Both the position numbers and the translations under genes were made by a program. The notes under the pieces are model-generated. The model saw only the letters and a list, made by a program, of their open reading frames with translations. It was not told where the DNA came from and searched no databases. This document shows, piece by piece, positions 35,232 through 46,555 of a DNA stretch of 64,000 bases. The stretch comes from Vitrella brassicaformis CCMP3155 (Eukaryota > Protista > Chromerida), in contig CDMY01000646.1 of the NCBI GenBank assembly GCA_001179505.1, positions 62,001-126,000 on the forward strand, in the 5' to 3' direction. Position 1 is the first letter of the stretch, and every line of letters begins with the position of its first letter.

Positions 35232-36599
35232 ATGAGACTGGGCTTGTGGAGTCCGCTGCCCTTCCTATGCTTTGCGGCTATGCTCAAAATGGGATTTGCA
35301 GCTCTTTTTCGCGAGTCAACGGGTTCACGAGATGATCTATCGTTCGCAGTTCATCGAGGGCCACTGCCGCCACTACAGAGGCGTCGTGCAGCAGCAAGTC
35401 GACACCGAATGATGAAGATGCAGTCCATCGATGAGAGCATGTCATTGATCCCATCCGCCATCTCTGCCCACCTTGCTGTGCTGCTGGATCAACCGCCTGA
35501 GAGTCCCTACATGGCATCGCCTTCGTCTATCCCTCTCCCGTGGCAGCCGCTGTCCGTCGCCGTGTCGGCCGGCAGTGTGGCTGCTCCCGTGCTGGCATTC
35601 ATTCTCTATGTCATCTTTCGAGTGGCCACCTACTTCAGCGTTCAGGTGCTCACCACCAGGGCACTGCAAAGCATGGTCAGCTTGGAAGAGACCACCGGGA
35701 TACGGCCATCCATCCATCCTTCCTCATCTGTGTCCGTCGATTTCTCATCAGATCTTGCCTCGGAGCATTGTGGTCGAGATGGAGACTCGCGACGCAATCA
35801 ACTTCTACTACTACCCGCGCGACGTGCTGCGGGTCACCTGCCCGGGGGTGGACAGCGGCAACAGCCTCAAGCAGAAGGCCGTCACGGAAGGCGCCCTGCA
35901 GAACAGACTGCCGATCGAGCCGCGGCAGGAGGCCTTTGTGGACCTGAAGGTGCCTGATGGGTCGGTGGATTGCGTCGTGTCCACCGGGGCCATCTCGCGT
36001 CATGTGGGCGACCCGCTGCCTTTGTTGATGAAGGCTGCTGAGCTCTTGAGGCCGGGGGGACAGCTGCTGCTGCTCGAGCCCATCAGGGGCGGCGGACCGG
36101 TCAGACAGTCAGTCAGTGGCCCAATAGATGAATCCTGACGGATGGCATCATCTCTGTCTTTGCAGATCGGTGGGTTACGTGGTCTGCTTGGGTTCATTCA
36201 CTCAGTGACAGCCATCGGCAGCAACCCAGGGAGAGACCTGGAAGGTCAGCCGGCAGACACACACGTCAACACATATTGTTCCACTCTCTCTGCGTGCGCC
36301 AGGTCTGATGGCGTCGGAGCCTCTGTGTGATGTGTTTGACTACGAAGTGGTGCAGGAGGGCGGCAACATACTCGACCCATTCGTCGTCGCAATCGCAAAA
36401 AGGTGCGCACACACAGATCACACCCATCATGGTGCACACATTAGTTGTTTGCGTGCGCAGGAAGGAGGCTGTCAGAAGCGAAGAGGACGCACCTGTCGGC
36501 GAGAAGGTGCCCATCACAGCCGAGAGGCGGCAGCAACTGAAGAAGGCCAAAACACAGACAGCGGGCAAACGCGGCACTGGCAAGGGGAGAAGAAGATGA
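35232..36599 (+). CDS. Class I SAM-methyltransferase-like protein (Methyltransf_11 type) with an N-terminal targeting leader and a TM helix
   Basis: Signal-like start MRLGLWSPLPFLCFAAMLKMGFA and a TM helix PVLAFILYVIFRVATYF. The domain reads VVEMETRDAINFYYYP..VPDGSVDCVVSTGA..LMKAAELLRPGGQLLLLEP. Confidence 0.7.
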
Positions 36600-36719
36600 G
36601 AAACGGGGAGATGAGGGTGGGCAGATTTTCCTCCGTATGCTGTGTGCGGGTGAAACCATAAATGTGGAGCGATGGAGATTTTTCCCCGTTGTTGAGTGTA
36701 TCTGTTGAGGATCTTTGCG

Positions 36720-36930
36720 TGTCAGTTGGTCTGCGCGCATCCCAGAGACACATCATTATGCGATGAATGGTAAAGTCCTCTTCATTTAACAATGGCAGCA
36801 CGAACGCTCGCAGGAGCGAAGTGGCGCGTGAAGAGCAGACAACATCTCAGCAAATATAAAATGTAGGCAGCGTTCTTCACCGCCTCTCTCCCGCCCCACT
36901 GTCCCAACTGAGAGGCCTGGTCACGCCCTC
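36720..36930 (-). repeat. Dispersed repeated module (AAYILYL exon/repeat) with relatives near 7.3, 39.75 and 42.92 kb
   Basis: The shared core caaatata(a/t)aatg(t/c)ag(g/a)cagc is seen at about 7320, 36861, 39745 and 42912, always in the same orientation. Confidence 0.7.
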
Positions 36931-37850
36931 CGGCTTGTTTCCCGACATGCCACGGGATGTTGGGCCTCAGGCTAGGATCGAAGGCGCAGAGGCTCTCACT
37001 GGCGACGGTAAGCAGCTCAAGAGCTGTCCACTTATCGGTTCGGCAGCGGTATCTGATGCACACACAGACGGACACACGCATGGAGGTCAGGGGACGTGCC
37101 GTCACTTCCTTGGCTGACCTCTTTGCTACTACGGAGATGAGGGTCTCAATGTCGACATCGAATCATTTGCTTGACATGATGCAGCGCTCGGGTGTCTGTT
37201 CAAGGGATACACAGAGAGGGAGGGGCAACAGGTGCGAGGATGGCTTGGCCATTGCAGTCAGTGGATACGTTAAAGCGAGACCCGCCATGGAAGGGCCCCA
37301 ACTGCACATCGCGATCAAACATCTCAGCCAACAGAAGCAACTGAGTTGGATGGTGGGTGAATCAATCACTTACGGCGCTTTTGTCTTCGACCGACACAAA
37401 GAGGGTCGTGAATGGGCCGTGAGACAGGTTGCTGCCCTTCCTGCCGCCTGTGTGCTTCCACCTATATAGGCAGGACAGTAAGTAATGCAAAGCACATCGT
37501 CATTATCATCCTCGTACTGACACACGCACAAACGAATACACGTACATATCTTGTGTGAGCTCAAATCGTATGGCCCCCCGCTGCTGGGTGTGTGCGAAGG
37601 GGGAGTGATCGGGACCGCTGGGGTGGTGGGGAAGAGAGAGAGACACACACAGAGACGTCTATCTGCGCGTCTTCCATGTCTACCTTGATCGACGTGTCCC
37701 CTCCCAGACACAGCTTGAGCAAGTTATAGACGCGCTTGAATGTCATCTCAAGGGGGGAGCTCTCGTCACCTGCACACAGAGGAACATCAACACAAATGCG
37801 GCGATCCATCTATATGAACTATCACCGATGTGCTCACGCTGTATCTCGAC

Positions 37851-38300
37851 CTACACCGTCCCGTGCGACGGCTGGCGAAACCTCAGCGGCTGCCAGCTGC
37901 TGTAATCGTCGATGAAGTGCGGGTTGCGCATGGCCCAGGCAGCTACCACGGACATGTCGCCCTTCAGCCAGCCCCAGTTGGGCGGATTTCTTCTGAGGCC
38001 ATCGGGCGTGTAGGTGTGGCTCTGTGTGGTCTTGTCGTGGGCTGCCTGGCAGACGGCGGCGGCGATGGCCTTGGGGTCGGAGAAGGGCTCAAATCTGTTG
38101 ACCACGGCCTCAAACTCGTCGTCGAAGAGGTTCTCCGCGACGGCGTTGCTCACGCACAGGAGGAGATCGCCAGAATGAAGAAACTCCAGGCGGTACTTGT
38201 GCATGACCTGGCGAAGACAGCCGGGCGATGGGTTGGTGCGGTGGTAGCTGTCCGGAGGGCTGCTCAGCTGGCACGCGGCGTCAGCTGACTCAGCCGCCAT
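37851..38300 (-). pseudogene. PP2C (PTC7/SpoIIE-like) phosphatase C-terminal fragment lacking catalytic aspartates
   Basis: GDLLLCVSNAVAENLFDDEFEAVV..DPKAIAAAVCQAAHDKT..TP...GWLKGDMSVVAAW, compared with the PTC7 consensus GDxxxxATDGLFDNLF..GGKxDDITVVV. Confidence 0.55.
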
Positions 38301-38469
38301 GGAAGCCACACGGCCTCCATTCCTCTTTTTTCCACCTTGGCGCTGCTGTGGGTGACATAAAATCGCGTACATCTTGGCGATAGGGGCCTAGCCAGAAACA
38401 AGTCAGTCATGTCTCTGGTGATACATACGTGGTGGGCGATGTGTGAATGGATGACTGGATGGATGAATG

Positions 38470-38875
38470 GATGGATACCTATCTGAGGTTGAAGAGCGTC
38501 AATATGTGCTTCTCAAAGACGGCCAACGGCGGTCGCTCTATCTGCAGGATCACATACTCGTCTCCTGCCTTCCACAGGAGCATACACACATGACATCACG
38601 TGTATGAGTGGGGAGAGGGACATGTCTGTCTGTCTGTCTGTCTGTGTTGGCTGACCGACCTCGCAGATTGCCCTTGAAGACCGTGCCGTACACGCCAGCG
38701 CCCAGGCAGTAGTCGGGGCGGAAACAGTGGGTGGCATATTCCAACTCCTGATATGTATTTGGAGAGCACCCGCCACTGCCAATGGCGTGTATGGCATGTG
38801 CTCCCTCTATCTCCTCAACACCCACTTACGTCAAAGCGGTACTGCCATGAGTCGACGCACTTTCCCGAAGCCCAC
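38470..38875 (-). pseudogene. IRAK/RLK-Pelle-like kinase N-lobe fragment (inverted paralog of 49198-49675)
   Basis: WQYRFD|ELEYATHCFRPDYCLGAGVYGTVFKGNLR|GDEYVILQIERPPLAVFEKHILTLFNL matches the RLK F..EL..AT..F....LG.G.FG.VYKG pattern. The VAIK lysine is absent. Confidence 0.7.
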
Positions 38876-39858
38876 CAAGATGTGCTGCTCGAAGATGGCT
38901 GGCGGCACAAGATACACACAAGATACACACACACCACGTGTATGAGTTTTCCGCAGTAGACTCACAGGCGGGCCCCAGTGTCTCTGTACTGTGGGTGAAG
39001 ATGATGTCGTACAGCCATTCGATGACCTTTCTTGCCTTCTTCAGATATGAACTGGTGGACCAAGGCAATCACCAACACCAGGACAGGACGGAGATCAGCA
39101 CAATTGCCCAAGCCTGCACACAAAGGCGAAGAAAGGCATGAGCAGTCGTCGCTCGTAGGGCAAGGATGGAAGTCTTTGCGCTTTCTTTGATAGACACAAC
39201 TTCAAGGCCTTGAACATCAGCTGCAGCGGCTGCATTGGCCTTTTTGGCGAGATGCTCATGGTCTCCTCCGCCTCGTGGTTGATCCGCGGTGCTAACTTAC
39301 GGATGATCGTGTCGAGGCCGCCCAACAGCTGCGCACGAGTTGGGTAGGGGTCCAGCACGCAGAAAGGGGCAGAGATCTTATGGATGCCTGTGTGAACACA
39401 CACAGACAGACATGAACAGCAGTGTGCTGTCGTGTGGGTGCATGCCCTGCTTGTAGTAGTGGATCTCTTTCTGGCGCATGGCACAGTAGTGGGCCAACAC
39501 AGCCTTTAGGTCGTCCTTGGTCTGCTGAGTGAGGATGTCCTCCACAATCAGCTGCAAATAGAGCGACAACGCAAACACAGTGACGCACTTTCTGCGACTG
39601 ACCGTGGTGTGTGCGTACCTTGCTTGTAGTGATGTGTGTTCTGCTGCATCGCACACGAGTGGCATCATTCCCTCCACCCTAATCCCTCCCCCCAAGGCCC
39701 CCCCCCCTCGAGCAGTGCCGTGAATGCACTCATGCATATGCCAGCAAATATAAAATGTAGGCAGCAATATGATGGTGCTCGCCTCCCAGCTTCTCTGTCA
39801 GGCTCCTGGAGTAAAATATACGAGACACGTGAATGGAAGAAATGACACCGACAGTAGA

Positions 39859-41450
39859 TTAATGACCATTGTGCCCGAGGTGAATCTCGGCGCGCCCAAT
39901 TCGCCGCGTCGACGTGGAGACAGACAAAGAGACACAGACCGACTGACTAACAGGGGCGGTGGCGGGTTCGGGGGGGTTGGATCGCCACACGTGAGCGTGA
40001 TCTTGGGGGCTGCCGGGGCCGTGGGTGGACGGCCACAGCGGGGCAATTCGTTGTCGGTGGGGGGCGGTGGCGCGTTTGGGGGGGGTTGGACGGGGCGGCC
40101 CGCAGTATATGCTGCTTTTGCAATCTCTCGGAGCTCCTTCAGCGCCTCCTGCGCCGACGGCCGTCTGTCGGGGTCCTCCGAAAGGCACCTAGGAAGGGAT
40201 ACATCCACGGACGGACAGTCAGTCAGTGAGTCCATAAGTTCCTCTATGTGTGCGTGACTGAATCTGGCGGCCGACAAAAATATGCACTCACCGAAGCGCC
40301 ACATCGGCGACACGTGTGGCCGTCCTCGACGGCCACACATCGGATGCTGCCGAAGTGAGGGTCGCCCGTGTCAGCCTCTGGCCTCTCTGTGTATCCAAAG
40401 AGACATGCATCCCATGAGTGCATGTCGTATGACAACATGTATGTCTGTCTTGTATGTGCACACACGTGTCAACCTGCATACCTCGAATCTCTTCCCCGTC
40501 AGCATCTCCCTCATGACCGCCCCGAATGAGTACATGTCTGTCTTGGTCGTCACCCTACACCACAGAATGGCAGGAATGTTAAGTCATGGAGAAGGCATGC
40601 ATGTCTTGATTCAGTTGGCCTACGGCTTGGATGCCACGACTTCGGGCGCCATGTATACTCGTGTGCCTTCGGGGTGGCTCAGACGAAATGCTGCACCGAT
40701 CAATTCAAGATACTCACTTTTCACGCAGTGCAGCAAGAGAACCGCTGAGTACCTCCCGCCACTGCACTTACATTTGCCGGCGGTTAGCATTCGTGCACAC
40801 CCGAGATCACACAGCTTGGCCTGGCGCCCTCCCCTCGTCAGCAGGATGTTCTCCAGCTTGATGTCCAAATGAACTACCGAGGGCCGCTGGCTTGAGGGGG
40901 GGCCGTGGAGGGCGCACAGCCCTGTGGCCGTGTCGATGAGAATGGCGAGCCGGTCACGCCAGTATAACAGCTCCGAGGAGCTCTCACCTGCATCCGCACA
41001 GACAGACAGACAGACAGACAGACATTCGCTTACTCACTCCATCAGCCTTCGGTGCCTTTGCCCCAACTTACGTGGCCACAGACGGCTCGTCAGGCTGCCG
41101 CCCTCGAGCAGCTCGTACAGCGGCCCAACGTCCTCGCACACACCCAGTAGCATGCACACGAACGGATTCCTGCACACACAAACCACACCACGCCACAGCA
41201 TCTTCCACAGGCGCATGCATACGCACGCGTCTCCCTCTCTCTCTCTAATATCTACCTGATCCGCCTAGCCACCTCCAGTTCACGCCATAGTCGCCTCTGG
41301 GCATATACTTGAGTGCGGTTGGCGTCCCTGCCAGATAAACCAGCCCAAACCATCACAACGCAATAAAGGAAGGTGATCCAACCTTGTGGTCCATCTCATT
41401 TGTTCGTCTTTCCATCTACACCCGTTGCATATATTACCGAAACAGCCATG
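39859..41450 (-). pseudogene. IRAK/RLK-Pelle-like (TKL) protein kinase, near-complete but with a frameshift in the N-lobe
   Basis: HGCFGNI (about 41430-41450), TALK..RELEVARRIR|NPFVCMLLGVCEDVGPLYELLEGGSLTSRL, LLYWRDRLAILIDTATGLCALH..VVHLDIKLENILL..AKLCDLGCAR, GTRVYMAPE, TTKTDMYSFG and CLSEDPDRRPSAQEAL. Confidence 0.8.
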
Positions 41451-41592
41451 TCGGTATCACCATTGCGGAGGGATCTGAAGAAGACATGAGCCAACAGGTG
41501 GCACACAGCATGAGCCAGCCTTTCGTGCTCTCTCCCACCTGGGCGCATCCCACATGCTATCTGCACGGCAGTGTTGATCCACCGACATGTTT

Positions 41593-43390
41593 CTAGCTAC
41601 TGCACGTGTGCGCATTCTGCTTACCGTCGGGCAGCTCAGTCTTCTCCACACACGCCTCGCCCCCCACGCCCAGCACATGGCCGCTGCCACGTGCAGCTGC
41701 CGCCTCCTGCATGCAGAAAGCGAGAGAGCAACCGAGAGATACAACAGACGTGGACAGCAAGGATCTCTGTACTTGGTCTCCACGTGGCACCAACATCAGG
41801 TCGCCCGGGTCGCCTACACAGATCTGACCATTTGCGGCTGCCGAGCTGCTGCTGCCACTGGCTGGTGGTGGTGGTGGTGGTGGAGGCGGTGGCGGTGGTG
41901 AGCCATTGGTGTCATCCACGGTGAGGGACAGGGGCACAGAGGGAGCGGTGGTGTGGGCGGGGACAGCTGCTGCTGACGATGACCACGAAGAGGAAGGCGA
42001 TGGGTGAATCGGCTGCTGCAGTTGTATTTGTCGCTCGCTGGCCGCCTGGTGCAACTGAGTAAGACGGTGCTGCTCAGAGGTGAGGTCATCCCACAGCTGA
42101 GACAGCGACTGGAGATCCAGAAACGACGCACCATTGGCACTGACACGACTGCACCACAGACGACAGAAATGGGTGCACACGGCTGCTGTCAGTGTGTGTG
42201 TGTGGTTGCTGACCTGTGTGGTGGTTGTGTTGATGAAAGCTGCGGTTTGACCGTGAGCATCTCCCGCCCCAGCGGCGCCTCCGCCTCGCGCAGCCGACGC
42301 AACTCGGCGCCTTTCTCCTGCTCTGCACGCGCTGACCTGCACACATCAACATCCACATGACATCATCAGCGTCTCACCTGTGGCGTCTCCCGCCCTCTCT
42401 GCCTGGTTGCCTAGCTGACCTGGTCAGTACCGGTGCGCACCAAACCATCCCACCTTCCACGCCCACTTGTAGGTGGGAACACCACCCAGCCGATCGTCAT
42501 CCAGTGGTGCACATGAAACACACATCATTCGTCGGCTGCTGAGTCGTGTCGTACATATGTCGAAAAGGCCCACGTTGCGGACATCCTCGAGCCAGCACTT
42601 GACATCATCGAGGTGTCCGCTTCCACAAAATCCGGCAGTACTGACATAGCTGCCCCGGTACTTCGTTTCCGCGTTTGCACTGGTAGCCCCGCACCTCTGT
42701 GAGCCTGCCTTGTTGATAAAACGGTCGAACTTCGACAGAAGACATCTGCACACAAAGAGGAAGGGCAAGAGGAGTCTGTCAAACAACACCCCCACCAGCA
42801 AGCACGTGTGAGGCCGACTCACCCTGCTCGTCCCGCCGTCCCGCCCGTGACACTGTCGACACGAGCCTCGTTGTCGGCCGATCGAAGCATTTTCAAAGGG
42901 ATCAAATGCCAGCAAATATATAAAATGCAGGCAGCAATGGATCTGAAGGACAACGGAGAGACGCCAAGAAGGGGACTGTGTACACACACACAGAGACAGA
43001 TCTGCAAGCACATGGATGCAGACATAAGATTTGATTTCCAAGGCCGCCCCTCTGCGGCGCTTGCGGTAGTGCTGCTGGTTTTGGCGTTGCGTCGTCTTGA
43101 GGCCCGTGAGCCAACGCCGGTCCTGTTGGCCGCCCTCTCGCGAGCCCGCAGCGGGGAACGGCTCACCAGATGCTCTGTCAAACCGAGGAACGCCAACAAG
43201 GCCACTTGCACACACAGACAGACACACTCTCCACCCGTGTGTGTGTGTGTGTGTGTGTACGGGTCGGTGTGCTGTGGTGCGCTTACGGCGCTCTCGTGGT
43301 CTGGGCCGAAAAAGGCCGTGACGTCAGCAAACACATCCTGACATCCCTGGGGGTCCTGACGCTTCCACCTGTGTGTGTCCACACACAATT
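41593..43390 (-). pseudogene. Degenerate upstream exons of the kinase-like locus (coiled-coil exon, poly-Pro exon, AAYILYL-type module)
   Basis: Exon SARAEQEKGAELRRLREAEAPLGREMLTVKPQLSSTQPPHR (also present at 7.5 kb) and LDLQSLSQLWDDLTSEQHRLTQLHQ..PPPPPPPPPP. The frames are not cleanly joinable. Confidence 0.4.
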
Positions 43391-43799
43391 AAGGCACCAC
43401 ATGCATACGAAAGTAGCGTACGTATATGTGTGTGCACGCACGCATGGCATTTGTGTGTGTGTGTGTGTGTGTGCAGGGCTCGGCTCGGCTCACAGGCTAT
43501 CATTGACGCCCAGGCGGACAGTCTGAGCCGCACACGGGGGCGGCACACGAGGCGGGCCCTGCTGCAGGCCGCACACCGGAAAGCTGAAGGGGATCGCCCG
43601 CTTGCCATTCGCCTGCAGAAAGAACCAGTACTGCAAACCAGACACACACACCAGCACCAGGTATGTATTGTGTGTATGGCATGCTTGGGGTCTTTTCCGC
43701 TTGCGAGGACGATGAAGCGCCACAGGCGGCTGTGCGGGACGCTATCCGGCAGTCGTTGTCCCCTGCACACAGCAGCAAGACGACAAACACAGACAGATT

Positions 43800-46463
43800 G
43801 GCCGCTGGTTAAGCTCTGTCTGTCTGTCTGTCTGTCTGTGTGTCAGCCGATGCACGCACGTCGGATGCGCAGCTTGGTCCATTCCCCATTGAGTACGGTC
43901 CAGTGCTGAATGGGGAACACAGCCATACCTCGACTTTCTCGGCACCCGTCAGTTTCTTGCCATCTTCTGATGCGAACTGGTAGAGCAAGGCAATCGTCCA
44001 CACCAGCAGAGGGGTGATGATGCAGAACGCGGACAACGCGCCGATCGCGCAGTTCGTAGACGGTATGCACTGCCCCACAAGCGGCCAAAACTGCACACGA
44101 AGAGGAGGCATGACTGAATGTCCTTGGGATCGCTCCCGAGGATCTCCTCGGCCACATGCCCCTGCAGCAACGCACGCACACCACACCAACGGTGTTATGT
44201 AGACACGTTTGGCGTTGGTGTTGGTGGGGGGAAGAGAACCTCTGAGCGCCGGTGCCCCCTGATAACCGCCCTGCTGCTCCTGCTTGACAGCTGCGTGACA
44301 AGAGTGCCCGCTAGGTACCCCCACACCTGTACACATACACACACAGAGCACGCACACACACACACGCAGGCGGTCCAGCTCCTCTCTGTGCTGCTTGGTG
44401 ATGGTGTCCATCTGTGCCATGGCGGCCTTGTCGGCCTCCTCCCGCACCTGCTGGCTCACTCGACGCACACGGTCGTCGGCACTGCACACACACAGGGATG
44501 GGGGGACACAAGGGATGGTGCGTGTCAGTGTGTGCTGCTGTGCTCACGTCTTTTGCGCCTTTTTGATTGGCTTGTCTCTGTCTTTCATGAGGTCCTCGAG
44601 TGTGCTCCGCTGCACATTGGCCGCCTTCCTCTCCTTCTCAGCCATTTCTTCGACGCAGCCGCCTCAGTGGTCAACCTACACACACACACACACGGTGTGG
44701 GTGCATGGACGTTCGCCAATCAACCCGCCGTTTTTTTTCCGTTGGAATCTTTTCGCCGTACCAACGGATGTCACCCAGTCTTCCTCCATGAGCCTCAGCG
44801 TACTTCTTGCTTCCTGCCAACGGAGGTTGAAGGCATTGGGTGGCACACAGCACGTACCTCCCTGCTCGCTACCTGTATTTGCAAGCGCGTCCTAATGCAG
44901 CTGACGTCCATATGGCCACGTCCGTCGTCGTCTGCGCCAGACAGACAGACAGACAGACAGTCAGACAGACAGACATGCCGACTGCTGATGGATATGCAGC
45001 AAACAAAAACCATGGCATGTGCGCACACACCAAGGACAGCGGGCCAATCAGACCCCAGGGATGTAACAAATGCAGACACACGGCGCTACCTACCTGACAA
45101 ACCTAACCTAAACCACACCCACGCGCACACATGCATGCACGAAGACCTGTTGGCTGACTGACCAGCCACGACACGCAACTTGGTGACACGAAAACACCTC
45201 AGTGAAGCCCATCGGTGGGTCATTCCTTCAGCGCCGCCGGCCGCCATTGCCAGCGATGGTGTCGAGCACCTTTTGCAGATCAGTTCCCTTGGGCATGCTC
45301 GAATACACATTTGTCGCCACTATGAATTGATCTGCACCCATGCAATACACGCACAGCAGGCAGCCATGCAGACAGTGCGCACACACCGTCACCGACGCAT
45401 CGGTGCCTACCGCGTGTCTTCAGTCCCATGTCCTTGATGACTTGGCTGAGCTCCACCAGCAGCCCGCGGCCGTCTTCATCCACTGCATACATTACCTGCA
45501 CACACAGATGCACACACGCACACATACAAACATGCCTTCCTTGCTACATCCACGTAAGTCCTTGGCGGCAGTTTTTGCTGCCGACTGACCAGGGGGCAGT
45601 CCCACACGAGCAGGTCGTAGTGCATGCCGACCACCAGCGACACATCCCACGGCGCCTTCATGCGCGACTGCATCCAATCCAGCACCACACATTACAGGCA
45701 TGCCGTCGAATGGATGTGCGTGCCTGGCTGGCTGCCTGCCTGCCTGGCTGCCTGTCATCCTGCATTACCGCAAAGTATCCACACTGCATTGATGCGTATC
45801 CGGGCGACGCGACGCAATAAATACCCACACCCTCCAACGCCTGAACACACACACACAGACCCGCATCCTCCTCTGAGTGTCTCAGTGTCATTCGCCCACC
45901 TTCTGCATCTGCTGGCCGATCTTGCGCTGGGCGCTGAAGATGTCACGGTTGCCCCAACAGCGCAGGAAGAACGTAGGATTCTCATTTTCTTGGGCACGCA
46001 AGTCGCCCTCAAAGCACACAAACTACAGGAAAGCAATACAGAATGCATTGAGAGATCGCTGTGTGTGCAAAGCATCGGATGTGTAACCGGCGTGATGTCG
46101 AAACGTGTCTTGAGCGTCGTCAGGCGCTTCACGGCACTCCCTGTCAGCTGCTCCACTGCAGATGGGTCGGCCACGATCTCGCGAAGATCTTTGCCGTCAG
46201 CAGCCTGAAGGCAAGCACACACAGCAGCAACAAGTGAAGCAATGAACCAGGTTTGAACTGTTGGCTGTGCGCCTACCGTGAAGATGACCTCTGCACCCTG
46301 CAAACAAAATGGCCAACACGGAAGAGCACACGTAGCAAGGAACGGATGGAGTGCATGTTCCCTCTCTCACGTGAAAGGCCACACGTCTGCCCCGGAACTC
46401 CTCGAGGCTGCCTCTCATTCCGCTCCGCTTGACGCGCTCCAGCAACACCGCATTCTCAGCCAT
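43800..46463 (-). CDS. Hypothetical multi-exon protein(s) divergent from threonine synthase
   Basis: Joinable exons MAENAVLLERVKRSGMRGSLEEFRGRRVAFH|GAEVIFT|AADGKDLREIVADP..|FVCFEGDLRAQENENPTFFLRCWGNRD.., then KAPWDVSLVVGMHYDLLVWDCP, coiled-coil exons (QVREEADKAAMAQMDTITKQHREELDRL) and IALLYQFASEDGKK. No family was recognised. Confidence 0.45.
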
Positions 46464-46555
46464 GACGACACGGATCTCAAGGTCAGCGCCTCTCTCGGAA
46501 AAGATCTTCCCCCGCTTCTTTTGTGGCTGAGCTCGCGATCCACCGCTGCTGCGGC

